Source: Acaryochloris marina MBIC11017
GTDB taxonomy: Bacteria > Cyanobacteriota > Cyanobacteriia > Thermosynechococcales > Thermosynechococcaceae
Direction: 5' to 3'
Assembly (NCBI RefSeq): GCF_000018105.1
Contig: NC_009925.1
Span: 6,060,001-6,092,000, forward strand
Length of the DNA: 32,000 bases
Shown: one piece after another, positions 1 to 9,004 of the stretch
Layout: every line of letters begins with the position of its first letter
Numbering within the stretch: the stretch's first letter is position 1
Notes under the pieces: generated by a model
The model's input: only the letters and a program-made list of their open reading frames with translations
The model's database searches: none
Told to the model about the DNA's origin: nothing
Position numbers and translations under genes: made by a program

Positions 1-46
1 AAGGTCCTTTTATAAATACCAATATCAATCTGCATTAAAAGTTGGG

Positions 47-80
47 TCACATCCCTTTGATCATCAACTGATAGTTTGAT
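47..80 (-). other. Displaced original 3' end of the LysR gene (last 7 codons plus TGA stop), cut off by the IS4 insertion
   Basis: The reverse complement of 80..47 reads (a)tca aac tat cag ttg atg atc aaa ggg atg tga. Joined to 2791 and onward, it continues the LysR frame as ...SVQLSNYQLMIKGM-stop. The stop codon is at 49..47. Confidence 0.75.
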
Positions 81-104
81 CTGACTTTTCACGGTAACTC
101 CTGG
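71..104. repeat. IS4 left end: 10-bp target-site duplication ATAGTTTGAT (71-80) plus left terminal inverted repeat (81-104)
   Basis: ATAGTTTGAT is repeated exactly at 2791-2800. CTGACTTTTCACGGTAACTCCTGG (81-104) matches the reverse complement of 2765-2790: the first 17 nt are identical, then there is a 2-nt indel. The CTGACT tip resembles the Tn5 end sequence. Confidence 0.85.
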
Positions 105-170
105 AGTTATTTTCCCATAGAGGTTCTAGAAAATCTTTCTCCATACAACTACGATGGCTAAACCCCGAGT

Positions 171-365
171 ATGGAGATGATTAGGATGCAGACATGGTGG
201 AAGAAAAACTTTGCTGAGTGTCAATTCAGTGATCAGCGCTTGACCCATCGAGCCTTAAAGATTGGTCAAGCAATTTGCGAAGGCTTCGGCCAAGCCCTGT
301 CGAGTATTTTCAAGACTGCAACAGAGCTCAAACGCTCTTATGAATTTTCGCCAATGGGAAAACTA
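171..365 (+). pseudogene. IS4-family transposase, N-terminal fragment (interrupted by IS630 and out of frame with the rest)
   Basis: MQTWWKKNFAECQFSDQRLTHRALKIGQAI...ELKRSYEF resembles the Tn5 Tnp N-terminal DNA-binding region. The ATG frame stops matching the family at 346-349. The sequence FANGKT, which continues the family pattern, is in the adjacent frame. Confidence 0.8.
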
Positions 366-467
366 GTGCTTCGCCACAGTGATTATGACAGGATAGTTTG
401 GGGATAGAGTCGGCTGAGTTTAGTTCGTGCATCATCCACCGTAAACAACCAATTAACCGTTGCCTTA

Positions 468-1501
468 TCATGGTTCCGCCTTTTTTCCCCATGCAGTGAC
501 CTCGTACCGGAGTTGTTCAATATCAGGAATCCGCCGATTTAAGCATTGCCTCGAAAGGGCAGAGAACTCAAACTCAATCATATTGAGCCAACTGCCATGT
601 TTTGGGGTGTAGTGAAACTGAATACGCTTGAGAATCCGCAAGGCTTCATCTGGATTGAAGGTTTTGTAAAGTGCTGCGGGAGAATGGGTATTGAGATTGT
701 CCAAAACAACATGTAGCTTGTCAGCCTGGGGAAACAGACCATCCACTAGATATTGCATGCAAAGTGCAAAATCTTCGCTTTTGCGATGCTCAGTCACCTT
801 CAAATGTCGCCAACTTTTGAGCGGTTGAAAAAAGCCAAATATATTACAAGTGCCCTTCCGCTCATATTCATGGTCGTAGCGTTGAGGACGACCGGGCTTC
901 GGTGGACGGGGCACCCGGGTTTCGCCAATCAGTTGGCAAGGCCGTTCATCAAAACAAACAACAGGCTCATCAGGATCGTAGGGTTGGGCATACCAATCTA
1001 GAACGTTCTCCATCCGCCAAACAAAGTCTGCGCCTACAGTAGAAAAACACCACTGCTCTTTTAGCCAAGGCTTAAGCTGTTTTTTTCGAGCGTACGTCGC
1101 ACAGTTTCATCCGATAGGCTTTCGACGACTTTAAGTTCAACCAGCCGTTCTGCCAATAGCTGCATGGTCCACCGGCAACAACCGGTTGGTGGGTCGCTAC
1201 AAGCTGTCGCAATTAGCAAGGCCTCTGCTTTGCTATCGAGCTTCTTTTGCCCTCCTGGTCTGGGACGCTCATTGAGGGCAAATTCCACACCACCTTCAAC
1301 AAATTTCTGGCGAGTACGATGCACGGTAGAGATGCCTGCATTGAGCATTTGAGTAATGGTATCGTCTTTGTGTCCCTCATCTGCCAACATCAAAATCTGG
1401 GCTCGTTTCATTTTTCGCGCTGACAGGGTTCTACGTCGGGTGAGTTGTATCAGCTCACTGCGTTCTTCAGGCGTTAGCGTCACAATATATTTGTCAGGCA
1501 T
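468..1501 (-). CDS. IS630-family transposase OrfAB, two frames joined by a -1 frameshift (orfA 1061..1501; orfB frame 468..1079)
   Basis: orfA has an HTH N-terminus (MPDKYIVTLTPEERSEL...). The -1 frame after the A7 run reads KKQLKPWLKEQWCFSTVGADFVWRMENVLDWY, the hallmark LKPWxKxxWCIP linker of IS630 transposases. orfB carries DDE-type motifs (VCFDE, VLDNLNTH, SWLNMIE). Confidence 0.85.
1079..1085 (-). promoter_or_regulatory. Candidate -1 programmed ribosomal frameshift heptamer A_AAA_AAC in the IS630 transposase
   Basis: The minus strand reads ctc gaa aaa aac agc in the orfA frame (codon 139 is gaa). X_XXY_YYZ is A_AAA_AAC. Slipping by -1 continues as cag ctt aag cct tgg, in frame with orfB. 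Confidence 0.6.
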
Positions 1502-1567
1502 GATTAGTTGGCTAAAAACAGCTAGATTGTTGCTAGCTTACCTATCCAATTCAGTGTGGTCGAGCAC

Positions 1568-2852
1568 TAGCTTTGCTCTTGTGATTACGCCTCATTGTCG
1601 TGCAACCGCCCGAGCCATTGCTGAGGAAGAGATTACCTTGTGCGTGGGTGATACGAGCTTTTTAGATTACGGAGGCATCAAGAAGAAGCGTCAAGGCTAT
1701 GGTCCTCAAGGCAATGGGGGAAATGGCTTATTGCTCCACAGTGCCTTAGCTGTTGACCCGGCGCAGGGTCAGCCGTTGGGGTTGCTATGGCAAAAGGTAT
1801 GGAATCGTCAGCATCGACCCCAGCCTCCGAAAAAGGAAACCCCGCGACAAAAGAAGAAGCGTCAGGCAAAGGCGCGAAAAGCTTCTCGGAATCGACCGTT
1901 TGAGCAAAAGGAATCCTATCGTTGGGTGGAGGCCATGCAAGCCGTAGAGAAAATAGTGAGTCCGTCAACCCGCACCATCCATGTGTTCGACCGAGAAGGA
2001 GACATCGCCGAAGTGTTCGAGCAGCTCAACCATCTTCGCAACACAGGGGTTGTGGTCAGAGCCTCACATAATCGTCGACTTGAGCAAGACCCTAATCGGC
2101 TGTGGGAAAAGCTGGAAGCCCAAAGGGTTCAATTGGAGTATGAAATTGACTTACCCAAAACGAAAGACCGGAGTGCACATACAGCCAAGCTAGTGGTGCG
2201 CTGTTGTCTTGTCCAACTGCAGCGACCCACCCGTCTAGCTGATAGTCACCCCCTCCAAGTCTATGCCGTTTATGCCACAGAAGTAGATCCCCCAGAGGAT
2301 GAAGACCCTGTCTCATGGATGTTGCTCACGAGTGAAGCGGTCACCACGGTGGAGATGGCCCAGACCATTTTGCGCTGGTACACATACCGATGGAGAGTGG
2401 AGGAATATCACAAAATTCTCAAATCAGGGACTCAGGCGGAGCGGTATCGTTTGGCGGCTGAGGGGATGAAAACCTTATTGGGATTCCTATGTGTCACTGC
2501 TGTAGAGCTATTGCGTCTGACCTACTTAGAACGCACATCTCCGCAACGTCCTGCTCAAGATGTCGTCACACCTTTGCAACTCAAGGTTCTTATTTCTAAG
2601 ACACCGAAAGTTCCCAAACCCCTCACTGTTTCTTGGGCAGTGAAGGCGGTTGCACGACTCGGAGGATACTTGGAGCATCGTCGCAATACACCGATTGGGA
2701 TTCAAGTCCTTTGGAAAGGATGGGCTAAGTTAAATCTCCTGATGGAGGGCTGGCAGTTAGCAACCCAGGAGACTTACCGTGAAAAGTCAGATAGTTTGAT
2801 AACTGAACTGATGCTCGTATCGTTTCTAATAACGTCTTGGCTTCAGGGCTAA
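1568..2852 (+). pseudogene. IS4-family transposase, C-terminal part; the ORF runs through the right IR into flanking DNA
   Basis: (T)SFALVITPHCRATARAIAEEEITLCVGDTSFLDYG...YRWRVEEYHKILKSG...WAVKAVARLGGYLEHRRNTPIGIQVLWKGW aligns by eye to the catalytic and C-terminal regions of Tn5 Tnp. The first in-frame stop is at 2850-2852, which is 60 nt beyond the IS end at 2790. Confidence 0.8.
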
Positions 2853-3714
2853 GGGAATATTTCGGGTTAGTAGCAATGACAACTTCATGCACAAGAGGAG
2901 TTCCAGGGATAGTTTTAACGACTAGATCTTTACCTTGAAGGTTGGAGGCAACCTGAGAACCGGGTAAAATAGCAATTCCAAAGTTGGCTAGTAAGATTAA
3001 TCGTAAGGATTGGGCACCACTAAATTCAACAACTGTCTTGATACTGCGCTTGTGAATTCGAAATAACTCTTCTACAACAGAACGTATTCCGTAATTAGAG
3101 CCTTGCCGAGGCAAAACAATAGGGTACTGGCAAATATCGTCCCATGTAAGATTAGCGACTTGAGCCAATGCATGTGCAGAAGAGCATACTAGACTAAGAG
3201 GCTCTTTATACAAAACTTCAGTATGAAGCGTTTCGATGGGTAAAGGAGAAGACATCCAAGCTAAATCAATAGTCTGATTTTGCAAGCCATGAATAAGTTC
3301 ATCCAGTGGATACTCAAAGATTTGCAGGTTGATATTAGGATTGAAATCATGGAAGTTTTTCAATACAACCGACAAACAGTGTTCAGCATTAACACTAGTT
3401 AATCCTAAACTTACTTTATTTACAGAGGTTTGAGCTGCCTTAAGAGCTGCAAATACGCCTGTTTCAACATTTTGCAAACCCGACTGGCAATACTCAATAA
3501 AAGCCTCACCCGCTTTACTTAAATAAACTTTATTTGAACCACGATTAAGTAACTTAACCCCAACAATACGCTCAAGCCTCTGTATTTGTTGGCTTACAGT
3601 GGGTTGAGATAAATTCAAGGCTAAGGCGGCCTCAGTAAAACTGCCTCTCTCAGCAACTTCAATGAAAGAAATGAGGGCCGACATCTCTATATTACTAAGA
3701 CAATACTTATCCAT
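2725..3714 (-). CDS. LysR-family transcriptional regulator with an IS-derived replacement C-terminus
   Basis: It has a LysR wHTH (ALISFIEVAERGSFTEAALALNLSQPTVSQQIQRLE) and a LysR substrate-binding domain. Codons downstream of ...SVQLSNY are encoded by the IS4 right end (2790..2725). The ORF-track start at 3717 is TTG and the first ATG is at 3714. Confidence 0.85.
   Translation of the reverse strand: MDKYCLSNIEMSALISFIEVAERGSFTEAALALNLSQPTVSQQIQRLERIVGVKLLNRGSNKVYLSKAGEAFIEYCQSGLQNVETGVFAALKAAQTSVNKVSLGLTSVNAEHCLSVVLKNFHDFNPNINLQIFEYPLDELIHGLQNQTIDLAWMSSPLPIETLHTEVLYKEPLSLVCSSAHALAQVANLTWDDICQYPIVLPRQGSNYGIRSVVEELFRIHKRSIKTVVEFSGAQSLRLILLANFGIAILPGSQVASNLQGKDLVVKTIPGTPLVHEVVIATNPKYSLSPEAKTLLETIRASVQLSNYLTFHGKSPGLLTASPPSGDLT
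2765..2800. repeat. IS4 right terminal inverted repeat (2765-2790) plus target-site duplication ATAGTTTGAT (2791-2800)
   Basis: The reverse complement of 2765-2790 is CTGACTTTTCACGGTAAGTCTCCTGG, which matches 81-104. The direct repeat is identical to 71-80. Confidence 0.85.
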
Positions 3715-3907
3715 CAAAAAGGCTGCAAGTCAAAGTTTAAACAACTAAAAGCATAGAAAAGAGCTATTGAATTACATATTATGAACTTTTAGTATTTGAT
3801 GTTCTCATCAACCAGAATCAAAATCTTTTCAACTTTATTGTGTTAATAAAATGCTACGGCTAATCAATAAAAACACTTACTTCAAACAGGCATCTATCTT
3901 AAGATTT

Positions 3908-4621
3908 TTATACTGCCAAATAGCGATGCAATAAGGAATCTGCGAGTTTGTCAGTTTTACCTTTTTCCACAATAGCCCCCTTCTCCATGATGAAGAATTG
4001 CTGAGCAAGTTTACGAGCAAATTCAATTTTTTGCTCAACAACAATGATGGTAATGCCTTTCTCAATATTGATACGTCTCAAAGTATCTTCAATTTCTTGG
4101 ACAATAGAGGGCTGAATTCCTTCTGTTGGCTCATCCAGCAGTATAATTTTAGGGTTACACATTAGACCGCGTGCTATGGCAAGCTGCTGTTGTTGACCTC
4201 CACTTAATAGGCCCCCTTGACGTTGCAAATGCTCTTTAAGCATTGGGAAAAAATCATAAATCTCGGCTGGAATACGCTTTGCCTTCTTCCCGCTCGCACT
4301 AAAGCCCATCTTCAAATTGTCTAATACGGTCAAGTAGGGAATAATTTCTCGACCTTGTGGAATATAGGCAATTCCTTTTCTGGCCCGCTTATAGGTTGGA
4401 GCCTTCGTAATATCGGCATCATTGAAGTAAATGTTGCCACTCGTTAAGGCATTCAAACCGATAATACTGCGCAAAAGAGTTGTTTTACCTACGCCATTTC
4501 GTCCCAATAGGCAGGCTATTTCTCCCTCCGCAACAGACATATCAACATCAAATAAGACTGGAGTTTGGCCATAGCCAGCCGTTACATTGACTAAATCCAA
4601 TAATGGCCTAGTGACAGCCAT
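3908..4621 (-). CDS. ABC transporter ATP-binding protein, LivF/UrtE-like (urea/short-chain amide or branched-chain amino-acid type)
   Basis: It carries Walker A (GRNGVGKTT), the signature LSGGQQQQL and Walker B (IILLDEP). The likely start is ATG 4621 (MAVTRPLLDLVNV), 10 nt after the upstream stop. The longer ORF to 4675 overlaps the preceding gene. Confidence 0.9.
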   Translation of the reverse strand: MAVTRPLLDLVNVTAGYGQTPVLFDVDMSVAEGEIACLLGRNGVGKTTLLRSIIGLNALTSGNIYFNDADITKAPTYKRARKGIAYIPQGREIIPYLTVLDNLKMGFSASGKKAKRIPAEIYDFFPMLKEHLQRQGGLLSGGQQQQLAIARGLMCNPKIILLDEPTEGIQPSIVQEIEDTLRRINIEKGITIIVVEQKIEFARKLAQQFFIMEKGAIVEKGKTDKLADSLLHRYLAV

Positions 4622-4631
4622 ATCATCTTCT

Positions 4632-5387
4632 TTACGCAGCAGTGTTGATGGTTTCACGGCCGAGATAAACCTCAATAACTTTAGGATTAGCTTGAATACT
4701 TTCGATAGAGCCTTCTGCCAAGACCTGGCCTTGGTGAAGCACTACGATTCTTTTTGCTATTTGTTTCACAAATTCCATATCATGCTCAATCACCACAACT
4801 GCATGAGATTTGGAAATGCTTTTAATAATTTCTCCTGTCATGTAGGTTTCGTCTCCTGTCATCCCAGCTGTAGGTTCATCAAGTAAGACAATGGACGGAT
4901 CCTGCGCCAAAACCATTGCAATTTCAACCCACTGCTTTTGGCCATGGGATAGAGAGGACACCTGCTCAAATGCTTTATCGACTAAGCCCGTTCTCTCTAG
5001 AGCATCGTGAATTTTGCTTTTTTTGGTTTGAGTTAATTTGGCTGTGATGGAAGCCAGAATCCCATGGGTTCCCTTAAGAGCTAAGAGAATATTGTCAAAT
5101 ACGGTTAATTCGTTATAAACATTAGGGTTTTGAAACTTCCGGCCAATACCCATCCGAGCGACTTCATGGGGCAGCTTATTGGTAATCTCCTTACCTTGAT
5201 ACCGAATATGCCCCGACGATACAGGAGACTTACTCACAATGGCATCTAGTAGTGTACTTTTCCCTGCACCATTGGGACCAATAATCGTCACAATTTCACG
5301 ATCAAATACATTCAGGTTCACACCACTTAAGGCTTTAAATCCTGAAAAAGTGACATTTAAATCTTCAACGGATAAAACGGCATCCAT
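4632..5387 (-). CDS. ABC transporter ATP-binding protein, LivG/UrtD-like
   Basis: It carries Walker A (GPNGAGKST), the signature LSHGQKQWV and Walker B (IVLLDEP). ATG 5387 is preceded by GGAG. The ORF-track start at 5396 is TTG. Confidence 0.9.
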   Translation of the reverse strand: MDAVLSVEDLNVTFSGFKALSGVNLNVFDREIVTIIGPNGAGKSTLLDAIVSKSPVSSGHIRYQGKEITNKLPHEVARMGIGRKFQNPNVYNELTVFDNILLALKGTHGILASITAKLTQTKKSKIHDALERTGLVDKAFEQVSSLSHGQKQWVEIAMVLAQDPSIVLLDEPTAGMTGDETYMTGEIIKSISKSHAVVVIEHDMEFVKQIAKRIVVLHQGQVLAEGSIESIQANPKVIEVYLGRETINTAA

Positions 5388-5414
5388 ATACTCCAACCCT
5401 CAATCCAATACTAT

Positions 5415-6521
5415 TTATTTTTTCGTCAATACTGATATGGGCAATGGCTTCGGCTTTGATAAATTTGCCATTGAAGCTTGCTTAGGTAACAGACTCATCA
5501 ATCCATTCGGTAGGAATAGAACAACAACTAATAACAAAATCCCAACAACAAGTTGCCAATCCTGAGTCACTTTTTCAGCGTAGTTCTGCACTTGTCCCAA
5601 TAAAATCGCGGCAACTAATGGCCCCACTATGGATCCTCGACCGCCGATAGCCACCCAAATAACCACTTGAGTACCAAAAGCAACCGCTAAGTACACCGGA
5701 GAAATGAAGCGATTGAGGGGGACAAATAGCCCCCCAGCTACACCTGCGATCGCAGCTGAAAGGGTCCAGATAAAAATCTTAAATTGCGCTACATCATATC
5801 CCAAAAAAGATATCCGTTTTTCATTCTCATTAATCGAACGTAAAATCAGGCCAAAATTAGATTGCGTAAGGAACCAACTTAAAGCAATTACAAAGGCCGC
5901 ATAGGCCAAAATCAAAAAATATAGTCCTATCGGTTTAACTTGAACCCCAAAAAACCTCAAGCTACTGACATCGGTAATCCCATTTGTGCCACCAGTATAG
6001 GCCTGTTGACTAATGAAAAAAGTGGTTAAGGCAGATGAGATCGCTAAAGTAATGATAGTGATATAGACCCCACTCACTTTAGAACGAAAGATGAAATAGC
6101 CAATGATATAAGCAAATAATGCTGGAACAGCGAAAGTTGCGACTAGGGCCACAGGAAAATGCTTCAAAGGAGCAATAAACCAAGGCAGTTTCTCTAATCC
6201 ATTCCAGACCATAAAGTCAGGCAATTCTCCTCCGTAGGTATTTGAAGCAGCCGAGAGATTCAGCTTGAGATAATAGGCAGAAGCATAGCCTCCCAACGTA
6301 AAAAAGACCCCATGGGCAAAACTTAGAATACCTGTAAATCCCCAAACTAAGTCCAGGGAAACTCCTAATGTGCCAAACAACAATAGTTTAGACATCAAAG
6401 ATAACTGAAAGCTATTTAAAGTGAAGGGCAATATAGTAAAAATCAATAGTGAAATACCACTCACCACAACCAACTTCTTAGGAAAAGTTGATTGTTTATA
6501 TCCCATAACAATATTCGTCAT
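5415..6521 (-). CDS. ABC transporter permease, LivM/UrtC-like
   Basis: It is a polytopic membrane protein with the LivM-type motif GGxGSxxGPxxAA (GGRGSIVGPLVAA). GGAGG lies upstream of ATG 6521. Confidence 0.9.
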   Translation of the reverse strand: MTNIVMGYKQSTFPKKLVVVSGISLLIFTILPFTLNSFQLSLMSKLLLFGTLGVSLDLVWGFTGILSFAHGVFFTLGGYASAYYLKLNLSAASNTYGGELPDFMVWNGLEKLPWFIAPLKHFPVALVATFAVPALFAYIIGYFIFRSKVSGVYITIITLAISSALTTFFISQQAYTGGTNGITDVSSLRFFGVQVKPIGLYFLILAYAAFVIALSWFLTQSNFGLILRSINENEKRISFLGYDVAQFKIFIWTLSAAIAGVAGGLFVPLNRFISPVYLAVAFGTQVVIWVAIGGRGSIVGPLVAAILLGQVQNYAEKVTQDWQLVVGILLLVVVLFLPNGLMSLLPKQASMANLSKPKPLPISVLTKK

Positions 6522-6569
6522 TTAAAACCTCCAAAAGATCATCAACTAGCACGGAATAAATTCTGGAAA

Positions 6570-7547
6570 TCATGCCCGTTTCTGAACTGTAAATAGACCT
6601 TCCGGACGATAACGAATTAACACGATGACAGCTCCCAACACGATGACTCTAGCAAGGGGGTCATTAAGAAGAAAAGCGATGATGGCGTTAGCCTCACCAA
6701 TTAATAGAGAACCCGCTAAAATCCCAATTAACTTGTCAACGCCCCCAGTGACCACCACCATCCAAGCATCCACCAAGTAATCTTGGCCCATCGGAGGGGC
6801 TACAGACTTTAAAGCCGAAATAACGGCACCCGCTACTCCTGCCAAACCACAGCCATAAGCAAAAGTGCCCATGTCAACTAGTTTGGTGTTTACACCAAGG
6901 CACATGGCCATATCTCGATTTTGGGTCACTGCTCTAATCTGCCTACCCCAGGAAGTGCCATAAAATAGATACAAGGTGAGTCCTAATAATGCCAGTGCAA
7001 CTCCAACAATAAATAGACGATAGTAGGAAATCGCGACCACTGCGGCACCGTTTTCATCTGAAACCAAGGGTATATTTCCAGACAAATAAGCGGGAGCTTT
7101 CACATACTTCAATTGAGCTGTAAAAATCAGCTTTACAACGCCCTGCATCACAATACTCAATCCCCAGGTCGCTAATAGCGTTTCTAGGGGATTACCATAC
7201 AATCTACGAATAATAGTAATTTCTACAACTGCACCAATTAGAGCAGTAATCAAGAAAGCTAAAGGAATCGTCAGGAGTAGGTCTAATTGAAAGGCATCTT
7301 GAAACACAAAGGTGACATATGCCCCTAACATAATGAACTCACCATGAGCCAAATTTATAATGCGCATCACTCCAAAAGTAATCGCTAAGCCCAACCCTGT
7401 TAACAGCAAAATTCCCACAATACCGATCCCATTGAGGGCCTGATTAAGAAGGGTATAAACATCAAAACTTTCAGGAGATGCTGCTTCTTCCTGAGCCAAC
7501 AAGAAGTAGGGGGTCGAAAATACTGAAGAGAATGAGATATCCAACAT
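6570..7547 (-). CDS. ABC transporter permease, LivH/UrtB-like
   Basis: It is a polytopic membrane protein with the LivH-type motif INLAHGEFIMLGAY. Confidence 0.9.
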   Translation of the reverse strand: MLDISFSSVFSTPYFLLAQEEAASPESFDVYTLLNQALNGIGIVGILLLTGLGLAITFGVMRIINLAHGEFIMLGAYVTFVFQDAFQLDLLLTIPLAFLITALIGAVVEITIIRRLYGNPLETLLATWGLSIVMQGVVKLIFTAQLKYVKAPAYLSGNIPLVSDENGAAVVAISYYRLFIVGVALALLGLTLYLFYGTSWGRQIRAVTQNRDMAMCLGVNTKLVDMGTFAYGCGLAGVAGAVISALKSVAPPMGQDYLVDAWMVVVTGGVDKLIGILAGSLLIGEANAIIAFLLNDPLARVIVLGAVIVLIRYRPEGLFTVQKRA

Positions 7548-7648
7548 AGGCTTAATTCCTAAGACCTAATAAAGCTAAAGACTATGGGTGAAACAGAAAA
7601 ACAGCACCCTGTTCAACATTTCTAAATTGAGAATCTAGTTCTTGATAG

Positions 7649-9004
7649 TTAGGAGAGATACTTAGGTTCTAAATCTTTACCTGTCTCAACCGTTGGGTCT
7701 ACCCGAGTGTCAGGAGTAGGATGAACACAAGTTCTACCTTTGTATAGAGTTTGGCTCCAAGCAATCGGTTTCACTGCTGCATCTGTCGAAAAGACAATTT
7801 CTGCTTGGCCATCCTCTTTCCACTTGCCAATTCTGGAATAAAGGTAGGTGTGGTAGTTCTCAGGATCTATTTTGACCTTTCCTTGAGGTGCATTAAACTC
7901 TTGCCCTCTTGTTGCCTCCCGGATGGTCCCAGTATTGAGTTCTCCACCTTCATCCAGAATCTTCTTCATCGCCTGAGCCATAAAGAAAGTCTGCAAATAA
8001 GCAGCTTCCATCACACCGTTCGTAACCCGGTTTCCTCCAAACATCTCTTTGAACTGCTCCACAAAGAGCTTGTTTTCTGGCGTGTCTACGGTCTGAAAAT
8101 AGTTAAAACTCGTATAGTGACCGGATGAATATTCAGGTCCCATGGCCTGAATTTCTTCTTCGGTAGTGGGATAAGCCATAATCGGCATCTTATCTGCAGT
8201 AATTCCCGCATCCTTAAATTGCCGATAAAATGCGGGAATACTATCCCCAACCAGATTACTTAAGACAAAATCAGGTTTTGCTGCTTTGATTTTGTTGATA
8301 ATCGTAATAAATTCTGTTGTACCCAGGGCTGCGTATTCATCCCCTACCACTTTTCCACCAATTTTTTCTAATTCTGCCTTGGCAATTCGGTTACTCTCTT
8401 TAGGGTAGATATAGTCAGAACCAATAAAGAATCCTTTGGGGCCAAAGTTTTTGTGACAATAGGGAATAGAGTCCGTAATCTGTTGGTTTGGAGCCGCCCC
8501 GGTATAAAAGACATTAGAACTACATTCATTGCCCTCGTAATAGACCGGATAGTAGAGAATGGCGTCCTTGTCTTCAAAAACAGGTAAGACAGATTTTCGA
8601 CTAGCTGATGTGTAACATCCCAATACACATACGACCTTATCTTCATCGATCAGGCGCTTGGACATTTGATTATACAAATCCCAGTTGGAGTCTGGATTGA
8701 CGACAACCTTTTGGATTTTACGGCCAGCAATACCCTCACCATTCCCTTCCCAGGGTCCAGTTCCAGAATTAATTTGCTCAATGGCCAAGAACGTCGCATC
8801 TTGGAGTGATTTTTCTACAATGGCAATGGTGCCCGTCGTAGAATACATCACACCAACCTTGATTGGATTCTCACCTAAATCAACACTCTGGGTAGAAGAA
8901 CCGCTTGAACATGCTGCGACAATACCAGAGCCTACTGCTAACGAACTATACTGAATAAATTTTCGACGACTGATGCCTTCAGAGGATGATTGGGGCTTTG
9001 TCAT
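7649..9004 (-). CDS. Periplasmic substrate-binding lipoprotein, UrtA/FmdD/AmiC-like (urea/short-chain amide), with a Tat signal
   Basis: It has the twin-arginine motif SRRKFIQ followed by the lipobox VAAC. The mature part resembles UrtA (KVGVMYSTTGTIAIVEKSLQDA...GCYTSASRKSVLPVFE...YYPVYYEG...FYTGAAPNQQ). The likely start is ATG 9004. The 31-aa extension to 9097 looks spurious. Confidence 0.85.
   Translation of the reverse strand: MTKPQSSSEGISRRKFIQYSSLAVGSGIVAACSSGSSTQSVDLGENPIKVGVMYSTTGTIAIVEKSLQDATFLAIEQINSGTGPWEGNGEGIAGRKIQKVVVNPDSNWDLYNQMSKRLIDEDKVVCVLGCYTSASRKSVLPVFEDKDAILYYPVYYEGNECSSNVFYTGAAPNQQITDSIPYCHKNFGPKGFFIGSDYIYPKESNRIAKAELEKIGGKVVGDEYAALGTTEFITIINKIKAAKPDFVLSNLVGDSIPAFYRQFKDAGITADKMPIMAYPTTEEEIQAMGPEYSSGHYTSFNYFQTVDTPENKLFVEQFKEMFGGNRVTNGVMEAAYLQTFFMAQAMKKILDEGGELNTGTIREATRGQEFNAPQGKVKIDPENYHTYLYSRIGKWKEDGQAEIVFSTDAAVKPIAWSQTLYKGRTCVHPTPDTRVDPTVETGKDLEPKYLS

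Larger units (their letters stand above)
366..1567 (-). mobile_element. IS630-family insertion sequence (1202 bp) inserted at a TA inside the IS4 transposase gene
   Basis: A TA dinucleotide sits at 364-365 and at 1568-1569. The imperfect terminal inverted repeats are GTGCTTCGCCACAGTGATTATGACAGG (366 onward) and the reverse complement of 1538-1567, GTGCTCGACCACACTGAATTGGATAGG. The size and the two-ORF layout are typical of IS630. Confidence 0.85.
81..2790 (+). mobile_element. IS4-family (Tn5/IS50-like) insertion sequence, inactivated, carrying a nested IS630-family element
   Basis: Terminal inverted repeats and a 10-bp direct duplication flank the element. The internal ORF fragments carry a Tn5-type transposase N-terminus and DDE/YREK motifs (GDTSFLDYG, VFDREGD, YRWRVEEYHKILKSG). 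Confidence 0.85.

Noticed and set aside
753-1352. ORFs 753..1001 (+) and 1164..1352 (+)
   Set aside because: They are antisense shadows inside the IS630 transposase frames and have no recognisable motifs.
1356-1567. N-terminal 71 codons of the 498-aa ORF (MVSSLCPSSANIKIW...)
   Set aside because: This part runs antisense through IS630 orfA and its inverted repeat. Only the portion from 1568 onward resembles a transposase, so the long ORF is a read-through artefact of the nested insertion.
7751-8954. ORFs 7751..8128 (+), 8368..8646 (-) and 8685..8954 (+) inside the binding-protein gene
   Set aside because: They are overlapping or antisense frames of a well-supported CDS and have no motifs.
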